This document shows, piece by piece, positions 1-9,181 of a DNA stretch of 64,000 bases. Below the pieces are notes generated by a model. That model had not been told where the DNA came from. It ran no database searches and worked only from the letters and a program-made list of their open reading frames with translations. A program made the position numbers and the translations under genes. Position 1 is the first letter of the stretch. Every line of letters starts with the position of its first letter. Source of the stretch: Neovahlkampfia damariscottae (lineage: Eukaryota); contig JABLTG010000013.1 of the NCBI GenBank assembly GCA_016618085.1, positions 124,001 through 188,000 on the forward strand, given 5' to 3'.

Positions 1-1
1 T

Positions 2-3000
2 ATTCGTGTTAAATGTGATCATGTTATTTCTGCATTTGGTAGTACATTAAATGATCAAGAAGTTATCAAAGCAATGTCACCTGTTAAAGTATCAGAATGG
101 GGTACATTAAAACTTGATAAAACTATGGGAACAAATGAACCAAATGTATTCGCAGGTGGTGATTTATCTGGAAATGGAACAACTGTTGAAGCTACAAATG
201 ATGGAAAAACAGCATCTTGGTTTATTCATAAATATATTCAAGAACTTAATAATTTAAAAGTTCCTGAAAAACCAGAACTTCCAATGTTCTGTACACCTAT
301 TGATCAAGTTGATATCTCACATGAATTCTTAGGAATGAAATTTGAAAATCCATTTGGATTAGCTTCTGCACCTCCTGCTACAACAGCTGCTATGATTGGA
401 AGAGGTTTTGAAGAAGGATGGGGTTTCGCTGTCACTAAAACTTATGGAATGGATCATGATTTAGTTTCAAATGTTTCACCTAGAATTGTTAGAGGTTCAA
501 CATCAGGACCAAAATTTGGACCAGGACAAGGATCATTTTTAAATATTGAATTAATTTCTGAAAAAACAGCTGCATATTGGTGCAAAGCTATTTCAGAATT
601 AAAAGAAAAATATCCAAAGAAAATTCTTATTGCATCAATTATGGCTGCAAATATCAAAGATGATTGGATAACTTTAGCAAAAAGATCAGAAGAAGCAGGA
701 GCAGATGCTTTAGAATTAAATCTTTCATGTCCTCATGGTATGGGTGAAAAAGGTCTTGGTTTAGCATGTGGACAAGATCCAGTTATTGTTGAAGGTATTT
801 GTAAATGGGTTAGATCAGCTGTTAAAATTCCATTTTTTGCAAAATTAACACCAAATATTACACATGTTGTACCAATTGCAGAAGCTGCTAAAAAAGGTGG
901 TGCAGATGGTGTAACTGCAATTAATACAATTTCTGGACTTATGCATATGAGACCAGATGGAAATGCATGGCCAATGGTTGGAAAAGAAAAAAGAACAACT
1001 TATGGTGGTGTTTCTGGAAATGCAACAAGACCAGTAGCTCTTAAATTCGTTTCAGAAATTCACAGAAAATTCCCAGATTTTCCAATTTTAGCAACAGGTG
1101 GTTGTGATTCAGCTGATTCTGCACTTCAATTTTTATATTGTGGTGCATCAGCAATTCAAATTTCATCAGCTATTCAAAATCAAGATTTCACTTTGATTCA
1201 AGATTATATTTCAGGATTAAAAGCATTACTCTATATTAATAAGAAAACTTCATTCAAAGGTTGGTTAGGACAATCTCCACCAAAATTACAAAATACTCAT
1301 ACTGATATTGGATTACCAAAATTTGGTCCTTTCCTTCAAGAAAGAAGAGAAAAATTATCAAAAGAAGTTGAAGAAAAAGGAATTCTTAATGAATACAATA
1401 CTGCAACAAAAGAAAAAGAATCAAAAGTACTTGATGTTAAACCAACAATTAAAGAATTTCTTGGTAAAGGTACAGAAAGAATTGGCCAATGGTATCAACT
1501 AAATAAGAAAGAACAAGTTATTGCTCTTGTTAATGATGATATGTGTATTAATTGTGGAAAATGTTATATGACATGTTTTGCAAAAGGCACATGCGTTTTA
1601 ATGAGTGATGGATCTGTTAAAGAAATTGAAAAAATTCAAATTGGTGATTATGTTTTAGGTCCTGATTCAAAAGAAAGAAAAGTTATCAACTTAACAAATG
1701 GTACAGACCAAATGTATCAAATTACAGAAAAAACACATCACCATCAAAATTCAGATCAATTACCTCTTCACAGAATCAGTTATGAATGCAATTCAAAACA
1801 TTTATTAGTTCTTAACACTCCTTCATGGTGCAGAATTACAACAAATTCTTATCGTTCAGAAACAAAAAGTTTTTGTGTTTTCTATACTTGTTTAATTGAC
1901 AAAGTGATGGATGAAAATAAAAAAATCAGCACAGTTTATCAAAAGTCAAAAACATTCATTTGGAAAGATAATACTTCTAAAACATCTGCTTATGAAGAAG
2001 CTAAAAAATTCCAACAAAAAATTCTCAAAGAATTACCTGAATCTTATGATTGGCTTTGTGCAGTTGGTGATTATGAACATATTCAAACACCAATTAAAAA
2101 AGCAACAACTCAAAAATGGGCTCCAATTCTTGTTGAAAATAATCATTTCAGAAAATTATTAAATTCATTTGGTATTACTTCAGTTGAAAAAATGGCTTAC
2201 ATGCTCGGAGTTTGGATTGGTGATGGTACCACAAAAAAACCTGAAATTACAATTCATCCAGATGAAAAGGATCTTATTGACAGACTTTTTAATTATTCAA
2301 TTGAATTAGGGCTCACTCCAGTTTATAATGAAGAAAGAATTAAATTGAATTTTTATTCAAAATATGATGAAGAAAGATTAAAAAACAATCTCACAGTTAA
2401 CAATTGCTTCTGGGATATTATTACTCATTTTAATTTCCAAAAACAAAAATATGTTCCAAAAATGTTTTCCACTGAAGAAATTGAAATTAGAGAATGGATT
2501 TTAGCTGGACTTATTGATTCTGATGGTCATTTTAGAATTGACAATGAAACAGTTGCTATTAGTACAATTTATCCAACAGTTCTTGAAGGAGCTAGATCAT
2601 TAGCACATTCACTTGGAATTAAAACTTCAGTTAGTGTTTATCCTGAAAGAACTGATAGATCAGGTATTCATCACAAAAAATATTATGCTTTATATCTTTC
2701 ATCTTGTGATGAATTGTTCAGTGTTGTTTCAAAGTGTGCAATTTCAAGAAAATTTAAACCTTTTGATGGAAAACCAGAAAGAAAATCTATTTCTTTTCAC
2801 TTTGGTGTTAAGAAAATTGATGAAGGTGAATTTTATGGAATCACATTACCAGAATCTTCAGACAAACTTTTTATGATCGAAAATCAAGTCGTTGTTCACA
2901 ATTGTAATGATACAGGTTATCAAGCAATTAAATTTGATTCAAAAACTCATTTACCAAAAGTTCAAGAAAATGAATGTACTGGATGTACATTATGTGTTTC

Positions 3001-3112
3001 TGTTTGTCCAATCATTGATTGCATTGAAATGGTTGAAAGAAAAGATGAATATAATCCAAAGAGAGGAATTCAACCAGGTGATTTTACACATCCAGTTAAA
3101 ATTAAAGTCTAA
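2..3112 (+). CDS. DPYD: Dihydropyrimidine dehydrogenase (NADP+), 5'-truncated by the window edge, intein-containing precursor
   Basis: Frame is open from nt 2 ([14 protein letters not shown]). Motifs: [26 protein letters not shown], catalytic [28 protein letters not shown], and two ferredoxin motifs [15 protein letters not shown] and [12 protein letters not shown]. The first is split by an in-frame insertion. Confidence 0.97.
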   Translation: MRVKCDHVISAFGSTLNDQEVIKAMSPVKVSEWGTLKLDKTMGTNEPNVFAGGDLSGNGTTVEATNDGKTASWFIHKYIQELNNLKVPEKPELPMFCTPIDQVDISHEFLGMKFENPFGLASAPPATTAAMIGRGFEEGWGFAVTKTYGMDHDLVSNVSPRIVRGSTSGPKFGPGQGSFLNIELISEKTAAYWCKAISELKEKYPKKILIASIMAANIKDDWITLAKRSEEAGADALELNLSCPHGMGEKGLGLACGQDPVIVEGICKWVRSAVKIPFFAKLTPNITHVVPIAEAAKKGGADGVTAINTISGLMHMRPDGNAWPMVGKEKRTTYGGVSGNATRPVALKFVSEIHRKFPDFPILATGGCDSADSALQFLYCGASAIQISSAIQNQDFTLIQDYISGLKALLYINKKTSFKGWLGQSPPKLQNTHTDIGLPKFGPFLQERREKLSKEVEEKGILNEYNTATKEKESKVLDVKPTIKEFLGKGTERIGQWYQLNKKEQVIALVNDDMCINCGKCYMTCFAKGTCVLMSDGSVKEIEKIQIGDYVLGPDSKERKVINLTNGTDQMYQITEKTHHHQNSDQLPLHRISYECNSKHLLVLNTPSWCRITTNSYRSETKSFCVFYTCLIDKVMDENKKISTVYQKSKTFIWKDNTSKTSAYEEAKKFQQKILKELPESYDWLCAVGDYEHIQTPIKKATTQKWAPILVENNHFRKLLNSFGITSVEKMAYMLGVWIGDGTTKKPEITIHPDEKDLIDRLFNYSIELGLTPVYNEERIKLNFYSKYDEERLKNNLTVNNCFWDIITHFNFQKQKYVPKMFSTEEIEIREWILAGLIDSDGHFRIDNETVAISTIYPTVLEGARSLAHSLGIKTSVSVYPERTDRSGIHHKKYYALYLSSCDELFSVVSKCAISRKFKPFDGKPERKSISFHFGVKKIDEGEFYGITLPESSDKLFMIENQVVVHNCNDTGYQAIKFDSKTHLPKVQENECTGCTLCVSVCPIIDCIEMVERKDEYNPKRGIQPGDFTHPVKIKV
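1574..2902 (+). mobile_element. Full-length intein (443 aa) with LAGLIDADG homing endonuclease, VMA1/PI-SceI-like, inserted in DPYD
   Basis: Starts [14 protein letters not shown] (block A) and has block [18 protein letters not shown] motifs are [12 protein letters not shown] (~2192-2227) and [10 protein letters not shown] (~2498-2527). Ends FYGITL...NQVVVHN followed by +1 Cys (2903-2905). Removing it restores canonical [17 protein letters not shown]. Confidence 0.96.
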
Positions 3113-3239
3113 AAAACTAAAAAGTTTTATTTATTTTCTTTGTATTGTTTTATGTAATGATCGAGTTCAAAATGCATTTAAAAATTACATTTTGATAAAC
3201 CGAAAGTTGTGATTGGTTCCACTTTTCATAAAGCTAGTA

Positions 3240-4177
3240 ATGTCAAATGAAACACTTCATCTGTTTTATTTGGAGAATTATAATCAACTTGAAATATACT
3301 CAATATTTTCTGATATACATTCATACACGTTAAATCAACTAAAACTAAAATACACTTTAAAAATTACACAAAACATACAAGAAATGAATTCAATTTTAAA
3401 CAACAAAGCCAATAAATTTATATTGTCTGCTAGTAGTGAACTGATCAATAACAACAAAATCAATTTCAAATCCTTTTTAGAAAATGGAGGAATTGTTTTA
3501 TTTTGTGGAATTTCTTCAAACGCTTCAGTTTACCACCAAAACATTTTTTGGAAAAATTTAGGCTAGATTGGAAAATAAGCACATATCAAAGAGATACATT
3601 TTGGTTAAGTTCAAATGCTCTAAATCTTGAAAATTTACCAAACTTCATTTCTTGTCACTCAAATTCACTTGAAAACGTTGGAATTCGAGATTCAATTTAT
3701 AAATCATCATCTGTAGCGATAGCTTATGGAAAATGTAAAAATGGTTATGTTGGTGATGTTAATGGTGAAAAAGATGTTCAAATAATTTTACTTGAAATGA
3801 TCAGTAAATTAAAACCAAAGTCAAAGTTGGGTTCTTTTAAACCAGATATATATTATATAAAGACTTGGGGTACAATGGAAAATTTTATGACCGCTTATGG
3901 TCTCCAAAAGGATGTCTTTGTTAAAGCAACAGAAATTCTTAATTCATTTAGAGAGGCTGTTGGAGACTGGATTGAACCAGAAACTTACCAAGAAGAAATT
4001 GTAGATGAAGAACCACCAAAAAAGATGTTAAAAAGAAATGATTCCAAATGTCAATATTGTAAAAAGACTGGTGTTGATTTTCAAATATGTAGTTGGTGCC
4101 AAAATGTTTGTTATTGTTCAAAGAAATGTTTACAACTAGATTCAACAAATCATCAACAAAATTGTTTGTTAAAATAA
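3240..4177 (+). pseudogene. MYND zinc-finger protein with N-terminal 'GYVGDVN' domain, frameshifted near 3562
   Basis: Two overlapping ORFs join as ...FWKNLG|LDWKISTYQRDTF if one base is added at TTAGGCTAGATTGG. The obvious GT(3528)-AG(3561/3566) pairs do not restore the frame. C-terminal CQYC..CSWC..YCSKKC..H...C is a zf-MYND. Confidence 0.6.
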
Positions 4178-4353
4178 AACTCAAAATACATTCAAAGATT
4201 TAATTTTGATTCAAATGAACATATTTCCTTGAGTCAACTTTGTATTCAATTTGAACAACAATTTAGTTAAACAAAAGTTTTATTTTTTTCAAAACTTTTT
4301 TAATAAAAAATTGATTTCTTTATATATAACACAAATACTTATGTTAACACCAT

Positions 4354-5133
4354 TTAATAATCTACAAGAGATCCAATTTGATTTTTCTTTTTCTTTTTTT
4401 TTTTTTTAACAATCAACATTTCACCATCTTCAACCATTGAATTCAAACCCAAAAGATCAATTTTTTTTTTTTCTGTTTCGGTTTTTTGTATCTTTTTTAC
4501 AGGTAAATCTTTTTTTTTTTCATCTTTTACTCTTTTAATTCCAGAATAAAATTTTTTTAATTCTTCTTCAACATCAACTTGTTCTTCTTTTTTTTCATTT
4601 TTTTCAAGATGTTTTTGTAATAAATCTTCCACTGAAATTTGTTCATTTAAAGCATTTAAAGTCTTAATTTCATCTAAATCATCAATCTTTTCCATTTCTA
4701 ATTTTGTAACATTTGACTTGTTCTCTAACAACCGCATAGCATCAGTTTCTTGTTCTTCAATCTCTTTTTGTACTGCTTCTTCTTCTGCTTTTGGATCATG
4801 CCATGCTTCATAATTTCTTGTACAATTATGCTCACAGTTGTATCTTGAATTTTTAGGATCTGTTTTCATTGTTAATTCAGCAGCACAAGTTGGACATTTG
4901 ATATAAAATCTAAAAACTTTTAAACCTAGATATGATTCATCCCAAACTGTTTCTTTTCTACTGTTGAATTTTTTACCTTGATAAAGGTATTCACCACAAT
5001 TTGTACAACGAACAGACATTGGCAACATCATACGTACTTTTACTTGTGGTGTTCCTTTTTTTCTTCCTCTTGGAATTTTAGATGGATCAAAGTCTGGTGG
5101 ATAATATTTGTTGATGACTTTACGTTCAGCCAT
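4354..5133 (-). CDS. YJU2: Splicing factor YJU2/CCDC94
   Basis: MAERKVINKYYPPDFDPSKIP, VRMMLPMSVRCTNCGEY..GKKFNSRKE, FRFYIKCPTC, MKTDPKN. Confidence 0.95.
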   Translation of the reverse strand: MAERKVINKYYPPDFDPSKIPRGRKKGTPQVKVRMMLPMSVRCTNCGEYLYQGKKFNSRKETVWDESYLGLKVFRFYIKCPTCAAELTMKTDPKNSRYNCEHNCTRNYEAWHDPKAEEEAVQKEIEEQETDAMRLLENKSNVTKLEMEKIDDLDEIKTLNALNEQISVEDLLQKHLEKNEKKEEQVDVEEELKKFYSGIKRVKDEKKKDLPVKKIQKTETEKKKIDLLGLNSMVEDGEMLIVKKKKKKKKNQIGSLVDY

Positions 5134-5196
5134 TGTTTGGTTTTATTCTGAGTTTAGTTGAAGTTGAAAACAAAATGATTGGTAGAAAGTTATTAT

Positions 5197-5622
5197 TTAA
5201 GGATTTACAATATAAATAATCAAATAGCAGAATAAATATAAAAACAATATCTTAAAGAGAATTTCTGAAAAGACTCTAATGAGTTTGATATCTTTACTTT
5301 TGATATCTGAAGCTACGTATTGTTTTTGTCCTGCAGAATTGATAATTTCTTCCATTTTGAAACCATTATGAGTTTTAGGAGTCAACCAAAGTCCAGAAAG
5401 ATAACCTTTTGTTTTTGGACGAACTTCAATGGATTCAGTTTCAATTAATTCAACCATAATATTATTTCCGTGAGTCATTGAACGAAATTTGATGTCACGA
5501 ATATATTGTACTTCGTAATCTTTAAAAACTATCATGATATTAATAAGGGAATTAATACTGTTTTCAAAAATGTAAGGGAAATTTTGTATATTTTTATTTT
5601 TCAATTTTCTTTGGTTTTGCAT
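5197..5622 (-). CDS. Hypothetical protein with C-terminal hydrophobic segment; 5' end uncertain
   Basis: ORF with protein-like composition and a terminal TM-like stretch. The upstream 5620-5950 region looks like broken coding sequence. Confidence 0.35.
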   Translation of the reverse strand: MQNQRKLKNKNIQNFPYIFENSINSLINIMIVFKDYEVQYIRDIKFRSMTHGNNIMVELIETESIEVRPKTKGYLSGLWLTPKTHNGFKMEEIINSAGQKQYVASDIKSKDIKLIRVFSEILFKILFLYLFCYLIIYIVNP

Positions 5623-6009
5623 TTTCGTTTAATTTTCGTGATTCTATTTCATTGGATATTTGGTTTTTATAGTGCGATAATCTAAAAATACAAAGGAATT
5701 TCATTTGATAGTTCATATTTTTTCATAAATAAACTTATTTGCTATAGTAGTGTTATTTAATCTCGTAAAAAGTATGAGGTATCTTATTTCTTTGTTACAA
5801 TAGTATGAAATTCAACAGCAATAATCCTTGTTAAATCCATCCTTGAAAATCGAATGTGTTGTTGAAGGAGGAAGCAAAATTCTTTAAGAATGATTCAGTT
5901 TTTCTCTAAAATAAATTTCTGTTGATTTTCTAACATTCATTAAACTCCATTGTGACAAAGAAAAAAAAAAAAGTTTTTAATTTAAAATGAATCCATGAAA
6001 ACACTTTAT

Positions 6010-7818
6010 TTATAAAAGAGCAACAATAAGTGAAATGGCAACAAAAAGAATGTTTGCAATAACTCTTACTGATGAATTAAATTCAGCACCTGTTACAACA
6101 ATGATACCTTTATGAGATCTGTTTGAAAAGTTGTTGTTTCTTGATGAAGCATATTTAAATGTACCTGAAGCTTTCATTTTAACAAGACCACCATCAAAGT
6201 AAGGAGTTGGAGCATTATTTAATTTCATACAATTTTGAATATCTCTTTCAGCATTAGCGTTGTTGTTATTGTTTTTAGCGAGTAATTCAGTGTAAGTGAG
6301 ACATTTTGTATTTGGATCTGATGATGATAAACCTGGTTGATTTAAGAAAGCAAGTTTGTTAATTAAAGCTGTATCTGGTTGACCATCAATTTCTCTTAGA
6401 AACATTGTTACTTTATCAGCCATTCTCATTTGATTGTGACCAGCTTCATCCATTTGAAGAATGTTTGAACGATCAGCTCTATATGTACCTGGATTAGCTT
6501 TATCAGTTGGACCACCTTCTCCGTCGTTTGGATTTCTGTTTGGATTATAATCTGAACCAACCCATTGAAAATGAATATAGTCATCACCTTTAACTGATAA
6601 TTGTTGAGGAGTGAAATCGTATTCAACAGCTGGATAAGTTTGAACAATATTTCCACGTTTTCCTCTCATACCTAAATTGTAGATTGTAGCAAATCCTGGA
6701 ATACCACCTGGTCTAGCTTTAATTTGAAATGCATGTGAACGATCTTGGAAAGTTCTACCGTATTGATTTGTGTTAAGAGCAAGTGAAGCTGGTGAAACCA
6801 TACCGAGATCAAGAGTTGGATCTTGTTTTACTGGTGATTTAGCACCGTTATAGTCAGCATCAACTTCAAAACCATAATCAGTTGTTGAAATGTTATATCT
6901 GAGACGGAAAGTACAAGCAGTGTTGACAGTATTTGGGATAGTCCACCAGTATGAGTTAGTATCACCTGTAACACCGTTACCAAGATGATTATCTCTGTTA
7001 TATGGTGATTGTAAACATTCAGGTGGGTCCATGTTCCATTTTCCTGAGTTTTTCCATGTAAAACCAGCACCAACACATGATCCTTGATTGTTATATTTCA
7101 TGAAAGTTGTTCCATCATAACATTCACCTTTATCAATAACGTTTTGACTTTGTGTTTGATAAAATTCACATCTTGAGACGTTATTTGTGAAAATAGCAAT
7201 ATCTCTCCATGGTGTTGGATGGAAATATGGGTAGTAGTCTCTTTCTTCAGGACATTCCCAACCAGATTTAGCTCCGTTGTTGTTTTGTCTTGTATATTTT
7301 GAAGTTGAACCTCCTAAATTACGGTCAGCAATGAAAAGTCCTTTGTTTCTTTCTCTTGTTTCACATTTTTGGTACCATTCGTATGGTTCGTGTGATCCTT
7401 GTCTTGTATCGTCTTTGTTATTTGTATTAAGACTATCAGTAGCAGCGTCGTTTTGATCTTTTGGAGTACCATCTCTAAGACCTGGAGCTGAATCTGAGCA
7501 CATATATTGAAGAACAACTTCACAATTGTTGTTTGGATTTCCGCAAGAATGTTGTGAAGTCCATTCAATTTTTAATTTGGATCCAACGTAGTAGTACATC
7601 ATAGGTGTAACGGTTTCTGGACCACCTACAGCTCTTGGGCATGCATAACCTCCTTTAGCGTTGTTTTGTGAATCAAAAAGACGATTTCCATTGTTTCTGT
7701 TGACATTTCTTTCACAATTTCTGTCATTTGATCCTCTAGGTGCGTGCATATATACATCAGCGACTATGGAGTTGATGATCAAGAGTGCAACAAAAAGAGC
7801 TAGTGAGTGTTTCATCAT
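6010..7818 (-). CDS. DD3-3-like secreted/surface protein
   Basis: Signal peptide, then DVYMHAPRGSNDR..RLFDSQNNAKGGY, ECPEERDYYPYFHP, RYNIST, NTNQYGRTFQDRSH, GKRGNIVQTYPAVEYDF, RNNNFSNRSHKG, and a hydrophobic C-terminus (TM/GPI). Confidence 0.85.
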   Translation of the reverse strand: MMKHSLALFVALLIINSIVADVYMHAPRGSNDRNCERNVNRNNGNRLFDSQNNAKGGYACPRAVGGPETVTPMMYYYVGSKLKIEWTSQHSCGNPNNNCEVVLQYMCSDSAPGLRDGTPKDQNDAATDSLNTNNKDDTRQGSHEPYEWYQKCETRERNKGLFIADRNLGGSTSKYTRQNNNGAKSGWECPEERDYYPYFHPTPWRDIAIFTNNVSRCEFYQTQSQNVIDKGECYDGTTFMKYNNQGSCVGAGFTWKNSGKWNMDPPECLQSPYNRDNHLGNGVTGDTNSYWWTIPNTVNTACTFRLRYNISTTDYGFEVDADYNGAKSPVKQDPTLDLGMVSPASLALNTNQYGRTFQDRSHAFQIKARPGGIPGFATIYNLGMRGKRGNIVQTYPAVEYDFTPQQLSVKGDDYIHFQWVGSDYNPNRNPNDGEGGPTDKANPGTYRADRSNILQMDEAGHNQMRMADKVTMFLREIDGQPDTALINKLAFLNQPGLSSSDPNTKCLTYTELLAKNNNNNANAERDIQNCMKLNNAPTPYFDGGLVKMKASGTFKYASSRNNNFSNRSHKGIIVVTGAEFNSSVRVIANILFVAISLIVALL

Positions 7819-8185
7819 AGTTGTTCCGTCTTTGTTGGTTTATGAAGAGTAAGCCAATCACAACTTTTTATTCTTCAAAGAGAAAGCAACAACCAATTAT
7901 TGTAGGTTGTTTAGATTTTTTCGGTTGACCAATAAACAACCAGAAATATTACCAAGAATTCTTGTTTGGTTCACAAAAATATTGGTCTCTCCCTCAAATT
8001 AATTCATGTTTCCGAAGACTTCATTTTAAGTAGATAAAGATTTCATAGCTTATTTTGGAGTTTTTGTTGGAACGTTCTTGGAAGAAGAAAAAAATCATTG
8101 TCCCTCTTAGGTGAAACGAATATCATTATTTTTCTCTAATTTTTTTGCTCAAAGTGAAAGTGTTTTGCTTCTAATATTTTGTCCA

Positions 8186-9178
8186 ATGAAAATTTTTGGT
8201 ATTGGAGCAGTATGTATCGATTTTTTGTCTTTTGTTGAAAAATTTCCAAAAAAAGATCAAAAAATACGTTCAAAGTATTCAGAAATTCTCTTAGGTGGAA
8301 ACTGTAGTAATGTCTTAAGAACTTTAAAACAATTTTCAAAAAATTATAAAATAAACTTAGTTTCAACCATCGGAAATGATTCAAATTCAAAGTTAATTTT
8401 AAAAACATTAAAAGAAGAAAATATAGAAAGTAAATTTATTCTTGAACAAAAAATGAAAACAGCTTTTACTTATATAATAGTTGATGAAGAAACCAGCACC
8501 AGAACTTGTATTCATTCTCCTTCAGAAAAAGAACTTCACATTAATTTTGAAATAAAAAATGAAGAAATAGATTTCCTATTTCTTGATGGAAGACAATTAA
8601 CACCTTCTGTTCTTGATTTCATTTCAAAATTAAAAGACGTTCAAATTTTATTGGATTACGAAAAATTTCGAAATGAAGAGATGGAAAAAGAGTTTTTATT
8701 AAAGAAAGTTAATTATTTAGTTTCGCCCAAAGACCAAATTTTGAAACTTGGAAAAGATAAAAATTTGTTGATTTGTATGAAAAGGATTTTAGAAGAGTAC
8801 AGCAATTTAAATTTCTTGATATCAACGCTGGGAAAAGAAGGATCATTGATGATGTATAAAGGTGAAGAAAACTCAAATTTTGATGAAGTTAACAGTCTTG
8901 AACAAATGAGAACTTTTATTTTTTCAACAGTTGTTAAACCTTTTTCATTTTTTGGTTATACCATTTTATATGCCAAAATATATGAAGTTAAAGATAATTT
9001 AGTTGATACAACAGGATGTGGTGATGCATTTAGTGCATCAGTTGTTCATGGAATATTGATGAATTTTGAAAAGGAAAAAATTTTAAAATTTGCATCAAGA
9101 GTTAGTGCTGAAAAATGTAAATATATTGGTGGTTGTGGGAAATATAATATTAATTCCATCATGGATGAATTTAATTGA
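8186..9178 (+). CDS. pfkB/ribokinase-family carbohydrate kinase (ketohexokinase-like)
   Basis: IFGIGAVCID, GGNCSNV, TRTCIH, VDTTGCGDAF signature. First ATG is at 8186. Confidence 0.9.
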   Translation: MKIFGIGAVCIDFLSFVEKFPKKDQKIRSKYSEILLGGNCSNVLRTLKQFSKNYKINLVSTIGNDSNSKLILKTLKEENIESKFILEQKMKTAFTYIIVDEETSTRTCIHSPSEKELHINFEIKNEEIDFLFLDGRQLTPSVLDFISKLKDVQILLDYEKFRNEEMEKEFLLKKVNYLVSPKDQILKLGKDKNLLICMKRILEEYSNLNFLISTLGKEGSLMMYKGEENSNFDEVNSLEQMRTFIFSTVVKPFSFFGYTILYAKIYEVKDNLVDTTGCGDAFSASVVHGILMNFEKEKILKFASRVSAEKCKYIGGCGKYNINSIMDEFN

Positions 9179-9181
9179 ATT

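Noticed and set aside
1574..2902. Insertion as a group I intron with a LAGLIDADG ORF, or a Hedgehog/Hint domain
   Set aside because: It is in frame at both ends with Cys...His-Asn/Cys intein termini and precise extein restoration, which fits protein splicing.
5620..5950. Possible upstream exons of the 5197-5622 ORF
   Set aside because: I could not build a consistent spliced frame; it may be a degraded gene.
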